From Minisyncoccota bacterium (GTDB lineage Bacteria > Patescibacteriota > Minisyncoccia > Phycocordibacterales > UBA918): a DNA stretch of 64,000 nt. The notes below the pieces were generated by a model. The model did no database searches. It was not told where the DNA came from and was given only the letters and a program-made list of their open reading frames with translations. This document shows positions 59,951 through 64,000 of the stretch, piece by piece (position 1 is the stretch's first letter; the number at the start of each line of letters is the position of its first letter). The DNA lies in NCBI GenBank assembly GCA_041389025.1, contig JAWKSP010000003.1:4065-68064 (forward strand), read 5' to 3'. The position numbers were made by a program, and so were the translations under genes.

Positions 59951-61738
59951 ATGAAACATCTTGCTCAATTTTTTCCGTTTGAGCGTTATCCGTCAATGAC
60001 AGATAATCAAGAAGCAGCCTTTAATTTTCTGGATAGTAATCAAAATGGTGGTATTATCGAAGCTCCTACCGGTACTGGTAAGACATCAATCGGTTATACT
60101 TGGCTGTCTTCATTCAAAGGAACTCGTTTCTATTTGGTGCCAAATAAAACTTTGGTACAGCAAGTAGTAGCGATGTTTCCCGATACTAAACCAATGTACG
60201 GACGTAACGAACATTCGTGTCTGTATTACAAGGATCGTGATTTAAGAGCTGATGAGGTGCCTTGTTCGTTATTGCGTAATTGTCCTCATAGGGTACTTGA
60301 AAGTGGTGAAACATATAGTCCTGGTTCAACTCCTTGCCCGTATTTGAAACAAAAGTACGAGGCTGGTTTGGGTGGGGGTATTATAGTTGCTACTTACGCT
60401 TTTTATTTTTACTCTGTTTTTCTGTTAAGACAGTTTACACCGACAGCTGTAGTAGTAGATGAGGCGCATTCGATTGCTAGAAGTATACGAGCAACTCTAG
60501 AATTTCGTATTACTGACCGTAAGCTTGTTTCTATTATTAAAACGCTAAAATCAGTAAAAGCAAAACAGGCTGGATTGATGGAAAAGTTTTTAAGTGAAAT
60601 GAAACTTGTTGTAAAAAAGCGTTCGCCTGGCAAGAGAACCTCAGATTCTATATTGTCGTACGATGAAATTGAACGTCTACTTAAGTGTCTTAACAGCATG
60701 GATATCAAAGAAATACGCAATGACATTAATAATGCTGTTCGTAAGTCTATTATCAGTCCGGTAGATGATTTTGAGATGTTAAAACAGTTAGACGTTATAA
60801 CTCGTGAACTTTATCGATATGTTAAGTCTTTAGGGTTTTCCCTGCCGCCTAAGCAAGAAAAAAGTAAAAAAAGACTTAATCCACTCGCTTTTACTTATGC
60901 CTTTTGGACAAGGAAAAAAGAGGGTGACGGTAGTGTTTGCTGTGAACTTATTGTGAAGGATCATTTTGTAGCTGGTCTTATAAAAGCTATGCTTCCAGCG
61001 AACTGTCTGGCGTGTTCTGCAACTATTGTTGATCCTAAAATGCTTTCATTTGAAACTGGAATTGAGGGTAAGTTTTTATCCTTGGGTTCAGGTTTTGATA
61101 ATGAAAAAACAGCGGTATTAATGCCAACAGATACACCAAATCTGGCGGTTAAAGAGCGGAATAAAAAAGATGTTACTAAGGCAATACGTCTTATGGTTAG
61201 GTCTGCTAAAGATTTAGCTCATGAAAACAAGCGTTCAGTTATTTTAGTTGTGTCTGAACTGGAGAGGCAAAAGGTATTGAAGTTTGCCACAGAAGAAGGT
61301 TTGACAGTAGTGTCTAACAATGAGAAGGAGAGTGCCAGACAAGCAATTTCACGCTTTGTTCAAGGAGAGGGGATGTGTTTGGTAGGTACTGTTGCTAATT
61401 ATGGTCAGGGTATAGATTTACCTGATGGTATGGCACCGGTCATTTTCTATTTTCGTCCAGCCTACCCTAATCCCAATGATCCGCAAACTGTATTTGAAGA
61501 AAATAGATACGGTAACGCGAGATGGGGTATATGGAATTGGCGAGTTATGATCGATCTCTTACAAGTACGAGGAAGAAACGTTCGTTCTGTAAGTGATAAA
61601 GGTGTAACAATACTGGTATCACAACAGTTTAGGCGGTTTGCCCGCACAGCTCTTCCAGAATGGCTTAGACCAGCCTATGTTAACGATAAAAATTTTGCTG
61701 AATGTTTATCTGAGGCAAAAAGAATAATTGATAGTTAG
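59951..61738 (+). CDS. XPD/DinG (Rad3)-family Fe-S cluster DNA helicase
   Basis: Walker A IIEAPTGTGKTS, DEAH-type VVVDEAHS, a four-Cys cluster between them (CLYY...C...C...C) and the helicase C-terminal_2 motifs (VGTVANYGQGIDLPD...GR..R). Confidence 0.75.
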   Translation: MKHLAQFFPFERYPSMTDNQEAAFNFLDSNQNGGIIEAPTGTGKTSIGYTWLSSFKGTRFYLVPNKTLVQQVVAMFPDTKPMYGRNEHSCLYYKDRDLRADEVPCSLLRNCPHRVLESGETYSPGSTPCPYLKQKYEAGLGGGIIVATYAFYFYSVFLLRQFTPTAVVVDEAHSIARSIRATLEFRITDRKLVSIIKTLKSVKAKQAGLMEKFLSEMKLVVKKRSPGKRTSDSILSYDEIERLLKCLNSMDIKEIRNDINNAVRKSIISPVDDFEMLKQLDVITRELYRYVKSLGFSLPPKQEKSKKRLNPLAFTYAFWTRKKEGDGSVCCELIVKDHFVAGLIKAMLPANCLACSATIVDPKMLSFETGIEGKFLSLGSGFDNEKTAVLMPTDTPNLAVKERNKKDVTKAIRLMVRSAKDLAHENKRSVILVVSELERQKVLKFATEEGLTVVSNNEKESARQAISRFVQGEGMCLVGTVANYGQGIDLPDGMAPVIFYFRPAYPNPNDPQTVFEENRYGNARWGIWNWRVMIDLLQVRGRNVRSVSDKGVTILVSQQFRRFARTALPEWLRPAYVNDKNFAECLSEAKRIIDS

Positions 61739-61767
61739 TTGTAAAATTTAAGATAACTTTATCTTGA

Positions 61768-61802
61768 ATGGCAAGGAGTTTTTAACTCCTTGCCATTTTT
61801 TA
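61768..61802 (+). terminator. Rho-independent terminator after the helicase gene
   Basis: atggcaaggagtt-ttt-aactccttgccat followed by T6. Confidence 0.8.
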
Positions 61803-61803
61803 T

Positions 61804-61872
61804 AATCCTCGCAAAATTACTTTATTTAGTATAGTATAATTTGGTTTTAAACAACCTAAGTGGTATTTTATA
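61804..61872 (+). repeat. Right copy of the 68-bp direct repeat, abutting the alaS start codon
   Basis: aatcctcgcaaaattactttatttagtatagtataatttggttttaaaca...gtattttata. The alaS ATG is 10 nt downstream. Confidence 0.8.
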
Positions 61873-61881
61873 TTTGAAATT

Positions 61882-63828
61882 ATGAGTGGGAACGAAATCA
61901 GACAAAAATATTTGGAATTTATGGAGAAAAATGGTCACGCGGTCATACCGTCGGCTGCTTTGGTGCCCGAGAATGACCCAACTACGCTGTTTACCGGTAG
62001 TGGGATGCAGCCTTTGATTCCGTATTTGCAGGGTGAGGCGCACCCCAACGGGGTGCGCCTCACGGACTCTCAAAAATGTTTCCGCGCCAATGATATCGAA
62101 GAAGTGGGAGACAACCGTCACACTACTTTTTTTGAAATGCTTGGTAACTGGTCTTTGGGTGATTATTTTAAAAAAGAACAGTTGCGGTGGTTTTTTACCT
62201 ACCTAGTAGACGAGGTTGGACTTGATCCAGAGCGTATCTACGTCACTGTGTTTGCGGGAGACGAGAGTCTGGGTATTCCGGCTGATGAAGAATCGGTGGC
62301 TATTTGGCAAAAATTATTTAAAGAAAAGGGAATTGAAGCCAAAGCGGTGCATGTTGGGAGTGAAGAAGCAGGTTATGAGCTTGGTATGCAAGGTGGGCGT
62401 ATTTTCTACTATGACGCTGGTAAAAACTGGTGGAGTCGTTCTGGTACACCAGATAAGATGCCGGTAGGAGAGATTGGGGGTCCTGACAGTGAGGTTTTTT
62501 ATGATTTTGGTCCAGAATATGCCACTCATCCTGATTATAAGGATAAAGCGCCACATCCAAACAGTGACTCAGGACAGTTTGTGGAAATCGGCAACTCGGT
62601 CTTCATGGAGTATGTGAAGCAGGAAGATGGTAGTTTTACTAAGTTACCACAGCGTAATGTTGATTTTGGTGGCGGCTTAGAGCGTATTGCGGCGGCTAAA
62701 AATAACGACCCAGATATATTTAAGATAGATTTGCTGTGGAATGTGGTAGAAAAAATAGAAAATTTATCTAAGCGTACATACAAAGATAACTTAGTGGCTT
62801 TTCGAGTAATTACTGATCATATTCGGGGAGCAGTTTTTTTGATTGCCGATGGTGTCTTGCCCAGCAATACTGATCAAGGTTATTTTGTACGTCGTCTTTT
62901 ACGTCGCTCAGTCCGTTTTGCCGATCAGTTAGCGGTGCCGGCGGGGAAGTTTGCTGAGTTGGCAGCTGGAGTAATTGATACTTATGGTGAACATTATCCA
63001 GCCCTTAAGACTAAGGAAAAGGAGATTGAGTCAGTAATTGCTAAAGAAGAAGAGCAATTTAGAAGTACTTTAGAAAGTGGTCTGAAGCAGTTTAATAAAA
63101 TTTCCTTACAGGTACACGTGACTTCCAAGGAGGTTGATGGGAAGAAGGTGATCGATAAAAGTGTAGCACCAGTGGCAAAAAAAGCGATTAGTGCACAAAA
63201 TGCTTTTGATCTATACACTACTTATGGTTTTCCGATTGAACTCACCGAGGAGATTGCGACAGAGAAAGGCTTGGTGGTGGATCGAGTTGGTTTTGAAAAA
63301 TTGATGTTAGAACATAGAGATAAATCACGCGTTGGAGCCGAACAGAAATTTAAAGGAGGCTTGGCTGATCATTCAGAAAAGGTAGTGCAGTATCATACGG
63401 TTACTCACTTGCTGTTAGCTGGTCTCCGCAAGGAACTTGGTGATCATGTGCATCAAGCCGGCTCAAATATCACTGGTGAGCGCTTACGCTTTGATTTTAC
63501 GCACCCTGATAAGGTTCCTCGTGAGGTTTTGGATAAGGTAGAGGAGTATGTTAACAATGCCATTAAAATTGGTGGGGAAGTAACAATTGAAATGTTACCA
63601 AAGGAGGTGGCACAAGCCGATAAGACTATCGAAGCTAGTTTTTGGGAGCGATATCCGGATGAAGTTAAAGTTTATACTATCAAAGGAGCTGATAATACAG
63701 TGTTTTCTAAGGAGTTATGTGGCGGACCACACGTGAAAAGATTGGCAGAAATTTCTGGAAATTTTAGGATAACAAAAGAAGAATCTTCCTCGGCTGGAGT
63801 GAGAAGAGTTAAGGCGGTTTTGGAGTGA
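61882..63828 (+). CDS. alaS: Alanyl-tRNA synthetase (catalytic, tRNA-recognition and editing domains; no C-Ala domain)
   Basis: Class II catalytic core, editing-domain HxxxH (HTVTHLL) and CGGPHV zinc motifs. It ends at 648 aa. Confidence 0.9.
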   Translation: MSGNEIRQKYLEFMEKNGHAVIPSAALVPENDPTTLFTGSGMQPLIPYLQGEAHPNGVRLTDSQKCFRANDIEEVGDNRHTTFFEMLGNWSLGDYFKKEQLRWFFTYLVDEVGLDPERIYVTVFAGDESLGIPADEESVAIWQKLFKEKGIEAKAVHVGSEEAGYELGMQGGRIFYYDAGKNWWSRSGTPDKMPVGEIGGPDSEVFYDFGPEYATHPDYKDKAPHPNSDSGQFVEIGNSVFMEYVKQEDGSFTKLPQRNVDFGGGLERIAAAKNNDPDIFKIDLLWNVVEKIENLSKRTYKDNLVAFRVITDHIRGAVFLIADGVLPSNTDQGYFVRRLLRRSVRFADQLAVPAGKFAELAAGVIDTYGEHYPALKTKEKEIESVIAKEEEQFRSTLESGLKQFNKISLQVHVTSKEVDGKKVIDKSVAPVAKKAISAQNAFDLYTTYGFPIELTEEIATEKGLVVDRVGFEKLMLEHRDKSRVGAEQKFKGGLADHSEKVVQYHTVTHLLLAGLRKELGDHVHQAGSNITGERLRFDFTHPDKVPREVLDKVEEYVNNAIKIGGEVTIEMLPKEVAQADKTIEASFWERYPDEVKVYTIKGADNTVFSKELCGGPHVKRLAEISGNFRITKEESSSAGVRRVKAVLE

Positions 63829-63833
63829 TGGAT

Positions 63834-63898
63834 AGTGGGTGGATAGTATAAAATGGCCGCGGGCTTTGCCCGCGGCCATTTTATACTATCCACCCACT
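63834..63898. terminator. 31-bp perfect inverted repeat with a GC-rich core (bidirectional terminator-like), 3' of alaS
   Basis: agtgggtggatagtataaaatggccgcgggc-ttt-gcccgcggccattttatactatccacccact. Confidence 0.6.
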
Positions 63899-63939
63899 AA
63901 ATTTATTAAAATTCTAAATTTTAGTATAATAAAGCCACT

Positions 63940-64000
63940 ATGGCTCTTTTTTCTTCGGAAGACGAAACAAAATACGGAGTGATTATAGATATTGGGTCGG
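63940..64000 (+). CDS. 5' end of a downstream ORF (MALFSSEDETKYGVIIDIGS...), possibly an actin-like-fold ATPase
   Basis: ATG at 63940 in frame to the window end. The VIIDIGS phosphate-1-like motif is only a weak hint. Confidence 0.25.
   Translation, partial: MALFSSEDETKYGVIIDIGS

Overview
This is a low-GC, gene-dense bacterial window of about 70 protein genes, nearly all on the + strand, with no rRNA, tRNA or CRISPR array. The reduced gene architectures (AlaS without C-Ala, ProS without an editing insertion, short HolB, truncated dcw cluster, F1Fo operon without delta) suggest a small-genome Patescibacteria/CPR-like organism, but that is inference. Housekeeping content: priA (with a probable def fragment at the window edge), an HTH-MurA fusion, two mreB paralogs with mreCD-pbp2, frr, rseP, proS, greA, lysS, a partial dcw cluster (mraZ-rsmH-ftsL-ftsI-murF), ychF, leuS, mnmA, an M16 peptidase pair, an F1Fo ATP synthase operon and alaS. 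TGA is a genuine stop codon here, so standard code 11 applies. The most unusual region is a roughly 3.3 kb cassette (58565-61872) bounded by a 68-bp imperfect direct repeat that carries promoter-like boxes. It encodes a 206-aa unknown protein and an XPD/DinG-type Fe-S helicase, separated by about 520 nt of highly structured non-coding sequence. That sequence holds three related modules with compensatory base changes around an invariant CUGAUGA...GAAA core. Other notable items: (1) an ITPase (Ham1/RdgB)-like domain of about 210 aa inserted into LeuS; (2) an XRE-HTH fused to MurA with an 18-bp perfect palindrome over its start codon; (3) a synonymous-diverged duplicate of the last 19 codons of ychF flanking a TSUP transporter gene; (4) a VirB4/VirD4-like ATPase next to a 1390-aa coiled-coil, TM and LysM-like giant protein; (5) an in-frame TGA in rsmH; (6) compensating frameshifts in atpD.
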